Shown here: positions 1 through 12,075 of the stretch, in pieces | How the letters are laid out: every line of letters starts with the position of its first letter | Position numbering within the stretch: position 1 is the first letter of the stretch | Source of the DNA: an uncultured delta proteobacterium | GTDB lineage: Bacteria > Desulfobacterota > Syntrophia > Syntrophales > UBA2185 | Length of the DNA stretch: 64,000 nucleotides | Reading direction: 5' to 3' | NCBI GenBank assembly: GCA_963695875.1 | Contig: CAVOID010000015.1 | Location: 1 to 64,000, forward strand | Notes under the pieces: model-generated | What the model saw: only the letters and a program-made list of their open reading frames with translations | Database searches by the model: none | What the model was told of the DNA's origin: nothing | Position numbers and translations under genes: made by a program

Positions 1-88
1 GTAGTCAAACACCAGAGAAACCATTGTCACAAAAGGATGGCTCCTCTCGTTATTGATTATTTTAGATCTGTTTTAGATAATAATTAAA

Positions 89-104
89 AGCAAGGGATAT
101 GCCA
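89..104 (-). promoter_or_regulatory. sigma54 -24/-12 promoter (TGGCATATCCCTTGCT) for a leftward gene running off the window start
   Basis: Exact TGGC-N7-TTGC spacing on the minus strand. A GAGGAG RBS and a GTG/ATG start lie at about 25-47. Confidence 0.75.
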
Positions 105-193
105 GTCCTATAATTCTAAAGTGCAACATATTGAATTAATACTGATATTATGGCTTTGCAGGGATCAGTGAGCTTCCTCTGCTGTCATAAATG

Positions 194-210
194 TGGATAA
201 AAAGTATACA
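194..210. promoter_or_regulatory. putative enhancer-binding-protein site (TGGATA-N5-TATCCA-like)
   Basis: TGGATAAAAAGTATACA; its reverse complement matches the copies at 637, 669 and 2086. It lies about 90 bp upstream of the sigma54 site at 89-104. Confidence 0.6.
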
Positions 211-636
211 ATTTTAATATCCACTTGTAGACAAATTACCCATTCGCCGATGAAAAGTGAACAGGTATAAACGAGACCCGTAAAGGACTTCCCTTCTTAA
301 TCATTAACACAAAAAGTAAATTTGCAAACGTTATTCCATGCTTGGTAAACATGCCCCGTGCTTGATGTGAGGGAATCCAATATTATCATAGATTCCTGCT
401 TTCGCAGGAAATACTCACACCACTCAGAGAACCACGTCGGCATGAAAATGATAATGTCATGCAAAGCCGTGAGCTTGTCAAACGGTCGAAGCGTGAATTT
501 AGCCTATCCGGAGTATATCGAAGCATCGAAGTACGGCCCATCGTCTGGCTCAGTGTGACAGCTATTTTCGCAGAAATGCCAGGGTAAAAGAAAGCTGTGG
601 AGAATGACTTGCTTCCCCACTCAAAACAATCATTAG

Positions 637-685
637 TGGATACTTTTTATTCAACTGGATATCGCAATTGGATACTTATTATCCA
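637..685. promoter_or_regulatory. tandem putative enhancer sites
   Basis: TGGATACTTTTTATTCA (637-653) and TGGATACTTATTATCCA (669-685), upstream of the sigma54 promoter at 772. Confidence 0.65.
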
Positions 686-771
686 CTATATGTCTCTAAG
701 GTTGGAAAGCAAAAAAAATCAAAAGAAATAACGGTTTGTAAATAAAGAGTTTACATGGCAAGCGGATCATC

Positions 772-787
772 TGGCATGGCAATTGCT
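772..787 (+). promoter_or_regulatory. sigma54 -24/-12 promoter (TGGCATGGCAATTGCT)
   Basis: Consensus spacing, located upstream of the glycosyltransferase. Confidence 0.75.
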
Positions 788-916
788 CTATGCAAAGTCA
801 TGAATTTAAAAGAAGATATAGCATTAAAATATTAGTAATTGCATTTTTCTAGTTCTTATTCATGGCGGCTTGAACAGTTTCTGCTTCTGCCGTCGTTTCC
901 GATGGGGGTTTATGAT

Positions 917-2074
917 ATGCAAGCTAATGCTATTGAATCTCGCAAGAAAGTTGTTGTTGTCATTGCTAAATACGGCCTCGTTGGCGGAGCAAAAGGGCAT
1001 ACTGCGGAATTGACGAGCCGCATTGCCAAAGAAGCCCGTTATGACGTTCACGTATTTGCCGACAAATGGGTTGATCATGATGAAAACATCACATTTCACA
1101 AGATTCCGATTATCACTTTGCCGAAATATCTAACAACACCGAGCTTCGCTTATTTCTCAGGTCTTCAAATATCCAGGATGAATTCATTCGATTTGATCCA
1201 CACACACGACCGGATTTTCAACGCCGACGTATACATCATGCATGGCATACCTCATAAAGTTTGGGTACGTGAGGTAAGAAAAAAGAGCATGAGCCTCTTT
1301 GATTACAGTACAGAATTGGTTGAACGTAAATTGGTGAAGAATGGAAAACGAAAAGAGTTTATCGCAGTATCCACCCTTGTAAAAGAGAAGTTTCTTGAGG
1401 CCTACAATGACGTTGCTCCTGCAAGAGTCTCAGTTATCCACCCCGGCGTGGATATTGAGAAGTTCCAAAAATATAATAGGCAACTCTATCGTAACGAAGT
1501 GAGGCGAAAGTTCACCATTGATCCAAAAGATATAACAATTCTTTTTGTTTCTATGAATTACGACATCAAGGGGCTCGACTATCTGATGACCGGGTTAGCG
1601 AGATTCAAATCGAGATATCCGGAGAAAAGATTCAAATTGTTGATTGTGGGGAAAAGCTCTGATCGAAAATACACCCATCTCGCCGCAATGTTAGGGATTG
1701 GAGATTCTGTCATTTATACAGGTGTAATACAGAATGATGAAATTGCAAAAATTTATCTCGCTTCAGATATTTTCGCCATGCTTTCAAGGTGCGATACTTT
1801 CGGCCTTACTGTGCTGGAAGCAAGGGCCGCTTCTTTGCCTGTCATTATTAGTGAACACGTTGGTGCAAAGGACATTATCCGACACGGCAAGAATGGATTC
1901 GTTGTAGGCAATGAGATAAATCCTGATGAAATTGCTCATGCAATTTTTCTTCTCTGCAAGGATGACGTCAAGACCAGCGTAGCAAGAGATGCCTTTTTGA
2001 CGGCTTCCAAAAAATCCTGGGAAACAACTGCGGAAAAAACGAAGGAGATATACGACTTTTGTATGAACGTTTGA
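917..2074 (+). CDS. GT4 family glycosyltransferase (WaaG/RfaG-like)
   Basis: YGLVGGA N-terminal loop, IHPGVD, KGLDYL and DTFGLTVLEA (D/E-x7-E) motifs. ATG at 917 preferred over TTG at 839. Confidence 0.85.
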   Translation: MQANAIESRKKVVVVIAKYGLVGGAKGHTAELTSRIAKEARYDVHVFADKWVDHDENITFHKIPIITLPKYLTTPSFAYFSGLQISRMNSFDLIHTHDRIFNADVYIMHGIPHKVWVREVRKKSMSLFDYSTELVERKLVKNGKRKEFIAVSTLVKEKFLEAYNDVAPARVSVIHPGVDIEKFQKYNRQLYRNEVRRKFTIDPKDITILFVSMNYDIKGLDYLMTGLARFKSRYPEKRFKLLIVGKSSDRKYTHLAAMLGIGDSVIYTGVIQNDEIAKIYLASDIFAMLSRCDTFGLTVLEARAASLPVIISEHVGAKDIIRHGKNGFVVGNEINPDEIAHAIFLLCKDDVKTSVARDAFLTASKKSWETTAEKTKEIYDFCMNV

Positions 2075-2085
2075 TAATGTTCACG

Positions 2086-2102
2086 TGGATACTTTTTATC
2101 CA
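2086..2102. promoter_or_regulatory. putative enhancer site TGGATACTTTTTATCCA
   Basis: Perfect TGGATA-N5-TATCCA inverted repeat about 97 bp upstream of the sigma54 promoter at 2199. Confidence 0.65.
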
Positions 2103-2198
2103 TATTTTTCTTTTGTATGAGACATAAACTGATGAATGGCAGTGCTTGATTAGCGAAAAACTAAGTATATAGATGTCTTACATAACATGACGATTATC

Positions 2199-2214
2199 TG
2201 GCACAGCCCTTGCT
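2199..2214 (+). promoter_or_regulatory. sigma54 -24/-12 promoter (TGGCACAGCCCTTGCT)
   Basis: Near-perfect consensus, followed by an AAGGAG RBS at 2247. Confidence 0.8.
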
Positions 2215-2261
2215 GTCTACACAAGCCAAAGAGAGAAATAGCTTTTAAGGAGAATATAACC

Positions 2262-2786
2262 ATAAGAAAATTGACAACAACATTAGTCACAGTGTTTGTT
2301 GTAACAGCCCTATCAGCTTATGCATCTGCTTTCGGTCCCGGTTTGGGACGGGAGCATGGCGGAGGGGAATTTTACATACTCGATACATCATTTCTATCCC
2401 GGCTTAATCTGACGCCCGAACAGACGGCGATGATCAATGCCTTCCGTGAAGCCAAGCTGAGGGACATCAAGCCCATCCAAGATAAGATGTTCAGCAAGCG
2501 GGGCGATGTAGGGTTACTCTGGCTGCAGACGAATCCCGACCAGGAAAAGATTATGGCAGCGCAGAAAGAAATTAGTGCGCTGAGGGATAAAATGCAGGAC
2601 AAAATAACCGGCTATTGGCTGGATTTTCTCAAGGTCTTGACGTCCGAACGGCAGGAAAAGGTAAAGTCTTTCAAGATGGGTCGCGGTTTTGGCCCTGGTG
2701 TGAGGTGTGGAACCGGATATCACGGTGGCGGACGGTGTGTTGGCGGGCCGGGCAGTAGTCCTGGATACGGCCCTCGCGGCAACTGA
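2262..2786 (+). CDS. Spy/CpxP/ZraP-like periplasmic protein
   Basis: Signal peptide, LNLTPEQ and LTSERQ (LTxxQ-type) motifs, Gly-rich flanks. The RBS points to ATA at 2262 or TTG at 2271, not the ORF-track start at 2187. Confidence 0.75.
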   Translation: MRKLTTTLVTVFVVTALSAYASAFGPGLGREHGGGEFYILDTSFLSRLNLTPEQTAMINAFREAKLRDIKPIQDKMFSKRGDVGLLWLQTNPDQEKIMAAQKEISALRDKMQDKITGYWLDFLKVLTSERQEKVKSFKMGRGFGPGVRCGTGYHGGGRCVGGPGSSPGYGPRGN

Positions 2787-2810
2787 TTAAGAAATAGAAA
2801 AAAGATACAA

Positions 2811-2842
2811 AAAAAACCCGGGAGGATACTCCTGTGTTTTTT
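2811..2842 (+). terminator. imperfect intrinsic terminator-like hairpin
   Basis: A-tract, GGGAG-gata-CTCCT, then a T-tract, just after the Spy-like gene. Confidence 0.4.
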
Positions 2843-2916
2843 ATTGCTATGAAGCAGTTGTTAAATGCGATTGAAAATGTTATTTGCATATGTCAAAGAA
2901 TTTGCCATAGCGAGGA

Positions 2917-4185
2917 ATGAACATGAGCCCAACTCAAGAGAATGAACCCACTCAACAACCCTGCATAAAACGAACGCATCGGTTTTCTAATATGATACGA
3001 AGTCGATGGATCTGGCTCGTGATCGTCGTCTGTATCGCTGCCGCAGCTTACAAGATATTCCTGATGCAGACGGCAACTCAGGCCGTGGAGCGTGCCAAGG
3101 CCCAGAATGATGCTCAGCGTCCCCTGCCGGTGATGGCAGTGGCCGCCAGAAAGGCGGATATGGATGTCAATTTGAGAGGCCTCGGTACCGTAATACCGGT
3201 GAACACGGTCACCGTGCGATCCCAGGTCAGCGGACAGCTTTTACGGGTGCATTTCAAAGAGGGACAGATTGTGAAGGCAGGTACGCTGCTGGCCGAGATA
3301 GATCCCCGTCCCTTTGAGGTCCAGCTCATGCAGGCCGAAGGGCAGCTTGCCCGCGATGAAGCGCTGTTGAGGAATGCCGAGAGCGACCTGGTGCGTTACA
3401 AGCTGCTGCTCGTCGCAGGATTCCATCGCCGATCAGCAGGTGACCACCCAGGAATCGCTGGTGCAGCAATACAAGGGGGCTGTAAAAACAGACCAGGGGC
3501 AGATCGCCAACGCAAAACTGCAACTCACCTATTCGCGAGTTATTGCACCGGTATCGGGGCGTATCGGTTTGCGACTGGTGGACCCGGGAAACATGATTCA
3601 ATCGAACGATGTGAACGGAATGGCGGTGATAACGCAGACTCCAACCGGTCACCGTCGTATTTTCAGTACCGCAGGATAATCTGCCCGCCATCATGAAACG
3701 ACTGCGCACGGGAGAAGTGTTGCCTGTCTACCGCTTACAGTCAGGATGGTAAAGCAATGTTGGCCAAGGGGACACTCCTCGCCGTCGACAACCAGATCGA
3801 CACAACTACGGGAACCGTGAAACTCAAAGCCAAGTTCGACAACAAGAATAACGAGCTCTTTCCCAACCAATTTGTCAATGTCGTTATGAAAGTGGACACC
3901 CTGTCCGGCGTGACCGTCATGCCCACAGCGGCGATACAGCGCGGCTCCATCGGCACTTTTGCCTATGTCGTAAAGGAGGACAAGAGCGTAAACGTGCGTC
4001 CATTGCAGCTTGGTCCGACGGAAGGTGAAAACGTCGCCGTCTTGAACGGTCTGGCGCCGGGAGAATTTGTGGTCGTGGTCGGAGGGGACAAACTGCGCGA
4101 GGGCACGAAGGTGGAGATCGTCACGAACGAGGCCGCAGGCACTCCGGCACAGGGGAAGAAAAACTCCCCGGGACGGTGCTCCTAA
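2917..4185 (+). CDS. mdtA: RND efflux membrane fusion protein, MdtA-like (split by frameshifts)
   Basis: ORF pieces 2917-, 3374- and 3757- give [26 protein letters not shown] and [15 protein letters not shown] in order. Confidence 0.85.
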
Positions 4186-4271
4186 GGACAAGCATTAACG
4201 AAAGGACCGAATTATGATGAACACAATCACCGTCGTCATTACCTCGCTGACTTATTGAAACAGAGAACCCT

Positions 4272-7200
4272 ATGAATCCCTCCCGTCCTTTCATCCAGCG
4301 GCCTGTCGCAACATCCCTGCTTATGATGGCCATTCTCCTGTCGGGCATCATCGCCTACCGGGTGCTGTCGATCTCGGCTCTTCCCCAGGTGGACTACCCG
4401 ACGATTCAGGTCGTCACGCTTTATCCGGGCGCAAGTCCGGACGTGGTCACTTCATCCATTACCGCACCGCTGGAGCGGCAGTTCGGTCAGATGCCGGGAC
4501 TTAAATCAGATGTCCTCCACGAGTTCGGGCGGCGCATCGGTCATCACCCTGCAATTCAGTCTTAGCCTGGACATTGATGTGGCGGAGCAGGAGGTGCAGG
4601 CCGCCATTAATGCCGCCAGTAATCTGCTGCCCACGGATCTGCCGATGCCGCCGATCTACAGCAAGGTCAACCCCGCCGACGCACCGATCCTGACGTTGGC
4701 CGTCACCTCCAAAACCCTGCCGCTGCCGAAGGTCCAGGACCTGGTTGATACGCGTCTCGCTCAGAAGATCTCGCAATTGCCGGGTGTCGGTCTGGTGAGC
4801 ATGAGCGGCGGACAGCGGCCGGCAGTTCGCATCCAGGCCAACCCCAAGGCGCTTGGCGCCTATAATCTGACCCTCGAAGACGTGCGTACTGCCATCAACA
4901 ATGCAAATGTCAACCAGGCCAAGGGCAGCTTCGATGGCCCTGCCCGCGCATCGATGATCGATGCCAACGATCAGCTCAAATTGGCGACAGAATATGAACG
5001 ACTCATCGTCACCTACCGCAATGGAGCGCCGGTGCACTTGTCCGACGTGGCCGATGTCTGCGCGATGACGCCGAAAATATACGCCTGGCCGCCTGGAGCA
5101 GTGAGGTCGCCGGCGGTCATCGTCAATATACAGCGTCAACCCGGCGCAAACGTCATCGAGGTCGTGGACCGTATCAAGAAAATCATGCCGCAATTGCGGG
5201 CATCTTTACCGAGTTCAGTGGAGGTCGCGTTACTTTCCGACCGGACCACCACCATCCGGGCTTCCGTACGAGGACGTCCAGTTCGAATTGATTCTGGCGG
5301 TGGCGCTCGTGGTCATGGTGATCTTCCTGTTTCTGCGCAACCTCTCGGCCACCGTGATACCAAGCGTCGCCGTGCCGCTTTCTCTCGTCGGCACTTTCGG
5401 CGTGATGTATCTGGCAGGTTTCAGCATCAACAACCTGACGCTGATGGCGCTCACCATTTCCACGGGCTTCGTCGTGGATGATGCCATCGTCGTCATCGAG
5501 AATATCGCGAGATACATCGAGCAGGGCGACTCTCCCCTGGATGCCGCGATCAAAGGCTCGCAGCAGATCGCTTTCACCATTATCTCGCTGACCTTCTCTC
5601 TCGTGGCCGTGCTGATCCCGCTCCTGTTCATGGGGGACGTTGTGGGCCGGCTGTTCCGCGAATTCGCCATCACGCTGGCCGTGTCCATCCTTATTTCCGC
5701 GGTCGTTTCCCTGACGCTCACGCCCATGATGTGCGCGAAACTGCTGCACCATATCCCCGAAGCCGAGCAAGGCCGATTTTATCGTGCCAGCGGCCTGTTC
5801 TTCGAGAGAGTGATCTCTCGCTACGGCAAAATGCTCACCTGGGTGCTCGATCACCAGGGGATAACGTTGCTGACGGCCATTGCCACGCTTCTCTTGACGG
5901 TGCTTCTTTATGTCATTGTCCCCAAGGGTTTCTTCCCCGTGCAGGATACGGGCATGATTCAAGGCATATCCGAGGCCCCGCAGTCGATCTCGTTTTCGGC
6001 GATGGCGGAGCGTCAGCAGTCCCTGGCCAAAGTCATCTTGCAGGACCCCGCCGTGGAAAGTCTATCGTCCTTCATCGGCGTGGATGGAACCAATGTCACG
6101 CTCAACAGCGGACGCATCATGATCAATCTGAAGCCGAAGGAAAAACGTGACGCCGATGCGATGGGTGTCATCCGCCGCCTGCAGCCGAAGCTCGCTCAGG
6201 TTCAAGGCATATCTCTCTACATGCAGCCCGTGCAGGATCTCACGATCGAGGACCGGGTGAGCCGCACGCAGTACCAGTTTACCATGGAGACCGCCGATCC
6301 GAACGAATTGAGCCTGTGGAATAGCCGTCTCGTCGAGCGACTCTCCCGGTCTGCCCCATCTTGCCGATGTGGCGAGCGATCTTCAGGATCAGGGATTGCA
6401 GGCTTACGTCGCCATCGACCGCGATGCCGCCGGCCGGATGGGTATCACGACCGCTGCCATCGATAATATATTATACGACGCCTTCGGGCAGCGGCTCGTG
6501 TCCACCATTTTTACGCAATCGAACCAGTACCGCGTCGTACTCGAGGTACAGCCCGAGTATAAGCGAGGCCCGGCGGCGCTGAACGATCTCTACATCGCGT
6601 CCTCAACGGGAACGCAGGTGCCCCTGGGATCTATCGCCACTATTCTGGAAAAACCGGCGCCGCTTGTTGTCAACCATCTCGGCCAGTTTCCCGCGGCAAC
6701 CATCTCTTTCAACCTGGCGGACGGAGCCTCCCTCGGAGATGCGGTCAACGCAATCGAAACGACCGAACGGGAGATCGGCCTGCCCGTCAGCGTCAAGACC
6801 GGTTTTCAGGGCGCCGCGCTGGCTTTTCGCTCTTCGCTTTCGAGCACCCTGCTGCTGATCCTCGCCGCCATTGTAGCCGTATATATTGTATTGGGCGTGC
6901 TTTACGAGAGCTATATCCATCCGATAACGATTCTTTCCACGCTGCCGTCGGCCGGTGTCGGGGCGCTGCTCGCACTCATGATTTCCCGCACGGATCTGGG
7001 CATCATCGGCATCATCGGCATCGTTCTTCTGATCGGCATCGTCAAGAAGAACGCCATCATGATGATCGATTTTGCGCTGGAGGCCGAACGCAAGGAGGGC
7101 AAGACACCCCGAGAAGCCATATTCCAGGCTTCTCTGCTGCGATTCCGTCCGATCATGATGACCACCCTGGCGGCGCTGCTCGGCGCCTTGCCGCTTATGC

Positions 7201-7379
7201 TGGGTACCGGCGTCGGTTCGGAACTGCGCCATCCCTTGGGTATCACGATGGTCGGCGGGCTTATCTTGAGCCAGATACTGACGCTCTTTACCACCCCGGT
7301 GATCTATCTGGCCTTTGATCGTCTCAGCAGGCGCATAACGGCTCGTTACAACCGTTCGGCAAGGCCTGAGGACAGCTGA
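4272..7379 (+). CDS. mdtB: RND efflux permease, MdtB-like (frameshifted)
   Basis: [18 protein letters not shown] start, [14 protein letters not shown] and [15 protein letters not shown] motifs, spread over four consecutive ORFs. Confidence 0.9.
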
Positions 7380-7392
7380 CGAGGCCTCGTTT

Positions 7393-10300
7393 ATGAGTCT
7401 CTCATCCTCATTCATCCACCGGCCGGTCGCCACCACGCTGCTTACGCTCGGGGTGATGCTGACCGGTATGGTCGCCTTTTTCCTGCTGCCCGTGGCGTCG
7501 CTGCCCCAGGTGGATTTCCCGACCATATCCGTACAGGCCTCGCTCCCCGGAGCGAGTCCGGAAACCATGGCCGCAACCGTGGCGACGCCGCTCGAGCGCT
7601 CCCTGGGCCGTATTGCCGGCGTCAGGGAGATGACATCCGTCAGTTCGCTCGGTTCAACCCGCATCACCCTGCAATTCGATCTCGACCGCGACATCGACGG
7701 CGCCGCCCGGGATGTGCAGGCGGCGATCAACGCAGCCCGCAGCCTGCTGCCGTCGGGACTGCCCAGAAACCCGACTTACCGCAAGGTCAATCCGGCCGAT
7801 GCACCGATCATGATTCTGGCCCTGACCTCGGATACCATGACCCGCGGCCAGCTTTACGATGCAGCCGATACCATCCTGGCGCAGAAAATTTCTCAGGTGA
7901 AAGGTGTCGGCCAGGTGAACGTCGGCGGCAGTTCGCTGCCTGCGGTCAGGGTGGAACTGAACCCCACGCTGCTCAACCGCTACGGAATCGGCTTCGAGTC
8001 CGTACGCCTGGCGATTGCCGCCTCCAATGCCAACAGACCGAAGGGCGACGTTGAGGATGGCGACCGGCACTGGCAGATCTATGCCAACGACCAGGCCAAA
8101 ACGGCCAGGGATTATATCCCGCTTATCGTTACCTACCGAAACGGCGCAGCCGTGCGACTCTCTGATCTGGGCGAAGTTGTCGATTCCGTGCAGGACTTGC
8201 GGAATGCAGGCTTGTACGATGGCAAACCTTCGGTTTTGCTGATTATCAGCAAGCAGCCGGGCGCCAACGTCATCGAAACGGTCGACCGTATCAAGGGCCT
8301 CTTGGCACAATTGAGGGCCTCGGTGCCGAGCGCCATCAAGATCACCATCGCTTCAGACCAGACCGCCACCATCCGCGCTTCGCTTGCGTGAAGTCGAGCG
8401 CACCCTGATGATTTCCGTGGGTTTGGTGATTCTCGTGGTATTCCTGTTCCTGCGCAATCGTGCGCTCCACGCTGATTCCGTGCGTGGCCGTGCCGGTATC
8501 CTTGATCGGCACGTTCGGTGTGATGTATCTCGCAACTACAGCCTGGACAACCTCTCCCTGATGGCGCTTACCGTTGCCACCGGCTTCGTCGTGGACGATG
8601 CCATTGTGGTGCTGGAAAACATTTCGCGCCACATCGAAAAGGGGATGCAGCCTTTTAAAGCGGCGCTCCTCGGGGCGCGCGAAGTCGGATTCACGGTGCT
8701 GTCCATGAGCCTCTCCCTGGTTGCGGTTTTTATTCCCATCCTGCTCATGGGCGGTGTCATCGGCAGGATATTCCGCGAGTTCGCAGTGACACTCTCGGCG
8801 GCGGTCCTCGTATCACTGGTTGTTTCTCTTACAACGACGCCGATGATGTGTGCGCGCCTTCTCAAACCCGGAGATGATCTGAAACGCGGTTGGTTCTACC
8901 GGACCGGCGAACATTTGTTTGCGGGTTTGCTTTCCCGGTATGAGCGATCGCTCGGCTGGGCGCTCGGGCACGGGCCTTTTATGATGCTCCTTTTGCTGGT
9001 GACGGTGTGCCTGAACGTCTACCTGTACGTGGTTATTCCGAAGGGGTTTTTCCCGCAGCAGGATACGGGGCGATTGACGGGCAGCATCCAGGCCGACCAG
9101 AACATCTCTTTCCAGGCCATGCAACGGAAACTGGTCAATATCATGAATGTGGTCCGACAGGATCCGGCCGTCGAAAGTGTTGCCGGCTTTACGGGAGGCG
9201 GCCAGATCAACTCCGGCTTCATGTTCGTGTCCTTGAAACCGCTCAGCGAACGCAAGGATTCGGCCGACAGGGTGATGGCGCGACTGCGCCCTAAACTGGC
9301 CAGGGAACCCGGCGCACGATTATTTCTGCAGCCGGTACAGGATATCCGGGTCGGCGGACGTTCATCCGGCGCCATGTACCAGTATACGCTCCAGGCCGAA
9401 GATCTCACCGAACTGAGAACCTGGGAGAAGAGGATCCGGGATGCTCTGGGCGCAGCTCCCTCAACTGGTGGATGTCAACACGGACGAGCAGGACAGGGGA
9501 CTTCAAACCGCCGTTGCCATTGACCGCGATGCCGCTTCTCGCATGGGGGTGACAACGGCGCTCATCGATGCCACCCTGAATGACTCCTTTGGTCAGCGGC
9601 AGGTGTCCACAATCTATAATCCGCTTAATCAGTACCGGGTCGTTATGGAAGTGGCGCCGCAGTATGGGCAGAGTCCCGAGGCGCTCCGTGATTTGTACAT
9701 CCGTGTGCCTTCCAGCGCACAGTTTCCGGGGGGAGCCCAAGTGCCGCTTCTGGCCTTCGCATCGTACGGGTTGAACAATACGCCCTTGTCGGTCAATCAC
9801 CAGGGCCAGTTCGCCGCTTCCACGATCTCTTTCAACCTGCCTCCCGGCATCTCGCTCTCGGAGGCTACGAAAGCCATCAGCGATACGATGAACCGCATCG
9901 GAGTACCGGGCTCCATAAGCGGCAGCTTTCAGGGAACGGCCCGGACATTTCAGGCGTCCCTGCAAAGCCAGCCATGGCTGATCCTCGCCGCTTTGGTCAC
10001 TATCTATATTGTGCTCGGCATCCTGTATGAAAGCTATGTCCATCCGATCACCATTCTATCCACGTTGCCCTCAGCCGGTGTCGGAGCCATCCTTGCCCTC
10101 ATCATATCCCGAACGGAATTCAGCATCATGGCGCTGATCGGAGTCATCCTGCTGATCGGTATCGTGAAGAAGAACGCCATTATGATGATCGACTTCGCTC
10201 TGGATGCGGAACGAAAACAAGGGAAAAACTCCAGGGATGCCATATTCGAGGCTTGCCTGATTCGTTTCCGGCCGATCATGATGACGACCATGGCGGCACT

Positions 10301-10502
10301 GCTTGGTGCGATACCGCTCATGCTCAGCGCCGGGGACGGGGCCGAATTGCGTCGACCCCTGGGTATTTCCATCGTCGGTGGACTGATCGTGAGCCAGATG
10401 CTTACATTATACACCACGCCGGTCGTCTATTTATACCTTGACCGTTTCCGGCTTTGGTGTCTGTCTCGAGAGGTCGCAAAGGCCGGACACATTCTCTGGT
10501 AA
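7393..10502 (+). CDS. mdtC: RND efflux permease, MdtC-like (frameshifted)
   Basis: [25 protein letters not shown] and RFRPIMMTT motifs over three ORFs; paralog of the preceding gene. Confidence 0.9.
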
Positions 10503-10527
10503 TGGAGGAGACTGGAGGTATCAAAAG

Positions 10528-11976
10528 ATGAATAAACCATTGCTTCGAGGCATTGTCATGATTGGCTTGGTGATGCTTTTGGGCTGTGCCATTGGGCCGG
10601 ACTATAAACGCCCGCCTGTCCCTGTCCCGATGGAATTTAAGGAAATGAAGGGCTGGAAGGAAGCGAAACCCCGTGACGACGGGACAAAAACAGAGTGGTG
10701 GAAAGTCTTCAACGATCCGCTGCTTAACTCTCTGGAGGAGCAGGTCGGCATATCAAACCAGTCGCTTGCACAGGCGGAGGCCCAGTACCGCCAGGCGCGG
10801 GCACTTGTTCAGGGGGCGCGAGCGAATTATTTCCCCGTTATTTCCGCTTCCACGGCGGCCAGCCGTTCGAGGCAGTCTAGCGGCAATACTGTTTCCGGAA
10901 CGAATACGACGGACCAATACTCGCTTTCCCTCGATGCCGGTTGGGAGATTGATTTATGGGGACGTGTGCGACGCCAGGTGGAGTCAAGCACGGCCAGCGC
11001 TCAAGCAAGCGCCGCCGATTTACAGGCATTGCGACTGTCAATGCAGGCGGAACTGGCACAAGATTATTTCCAGCTGCGCACATTAGATGCACAGAAGAAG
11101 ACACTTGATGACACGGTTATCGCTTACCAGAAGGCGCTTGAACTTACCAAAAACCGGTATGCGGCCGGCGTGGCAGCCAAAGCCGACGTTGTTCTGGCTC
11201 AGACACAGCTTAAGTCCACCCAGGCACAGGCAATCGACATCGGGATACTCCGTGCGCAACTTGAACATGCAATCGCGTTGCTGATTGGAAAGGCTCCGGC
11301 TGACTTTTCCATACCGGCGGCGCCGATTATCCCAACATTACCGCAAATTCCGATCGGCATTCCATCCGATATTCTCGAACGCCGCCCGGATGTCGCCTCC
11401 GCAGAGCGAAAGATGGCCGCTGCAAATGCTCAGATCGGGGTGGCGAAGGCCGCCTACTTTCCGTCATTGACACTATCCGCTTCCACCGGTTATCTAAGTA
11501 CGGGTTTAGCTGATCTGCTTACCGCGCCCAGCTTCTTTTGGGCTTTAGGCCCTGCAGCACTGACCCAGACGCTATTCGATGGCGGCGCCCGTAAAGCTCA
11601 GACGGAACAGGCCATTGCATCCTATGAAGCAACCGTGGCTGCCTATAAACAAACCGTACTGACGAGTTTCCAGCAGGTGGAAGACAACCTTGCGGCACTG
11701 CGTATCCTCGATGAGGAAACGCTGGTTCAAGACGAGGCAGTGAATTCGGCGCGGGAATCGGTAGTCCTAACCACCAATCAGTACAAAGCCGGAATCGTCA
11801 GTTACCTCAACGTCATTACCACTCAATCCATTGCACTCACAAACGAAAGAACGGCGCTGGGTATTCGCGGTCAACAGTTGAATGCCGCTATTTCTCTCAT
11901 CAAGGCGCTCGGCGGCGGCTGGAGCGCGACCGCCCTGAACGGAGGCGACAAAGGTAGCGAACATGATGAACAATAG
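10528..11976 (+). CDS. RND outer membrane factor lipoprotein (NodT/OprM family)
   Basis: Lipobox LLGC, GPDYKRP, WEIDLWGR, ERRPDV and KALGGGW motifs. Confidence 0.9.
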   Translation: MNKPLLRGIVMIGLVMLLGCAIGPDYKRPPVPVPMEFKEMKGWKEAKPRDDGTKTEWWKVFNDPLLNSLEEQVGISNQSLAQAEAQYRQARALVQGARANYFPVISASTAASRSRQSSGNTVSGTNTTDQYSLSLDAGWEIDLWGRVRRQVESSTASAQASAADLQALRLSMQAELAQDYFQLRTLDAQKKTLDDTVIAYQKALELTKNRYAAGVAAKADVVLAQTQLKSTQAQAIDIGILRAQLEHAIALLIGKAPADFSIPAAPIIPTLPQIPIGIPSDILERRPDVASAERKMAAANAQIGVAKAAYFPSLTLSASTGYLSTGLADLLTAPSFFWALGPAALTQTLFDGGARKAQTEQAIASYEATVAAYKQTVLTSFQQVEDNLAALRILDEETLVQDEAVNSARESVVLTTNQYKAGIVSYLNVITTQSIALTNERTALGIRGQQLNAAISLIKALGGGWSATALNGGDKGSEHDEQ

Positions 11977-12075
11977 ATTTATATGCTCTGTCAAAAGCGG
12001 CGCATTCTTATGCGACCATTCGATGGGTGACAATGGATTAATCGTGAGGCCACAACCTTTAGGGAGGAAATAATC

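Noticed and set aside
350..558. 66 aa ORF at 358-558
   Set aside because: It has no recognisable domain and overlaps degenerate palindromic repeat fragments such as TTCCTGCTTTCGCAGGAA in a divergent promoter region.
4501..10417. Long antisense ORFs over mdtB/mdtC (and 55716-56603 over the mutase)
   Set aside because: These are shadow ORFs expected opposite GC-rich coding sequence and show no protein motifs.
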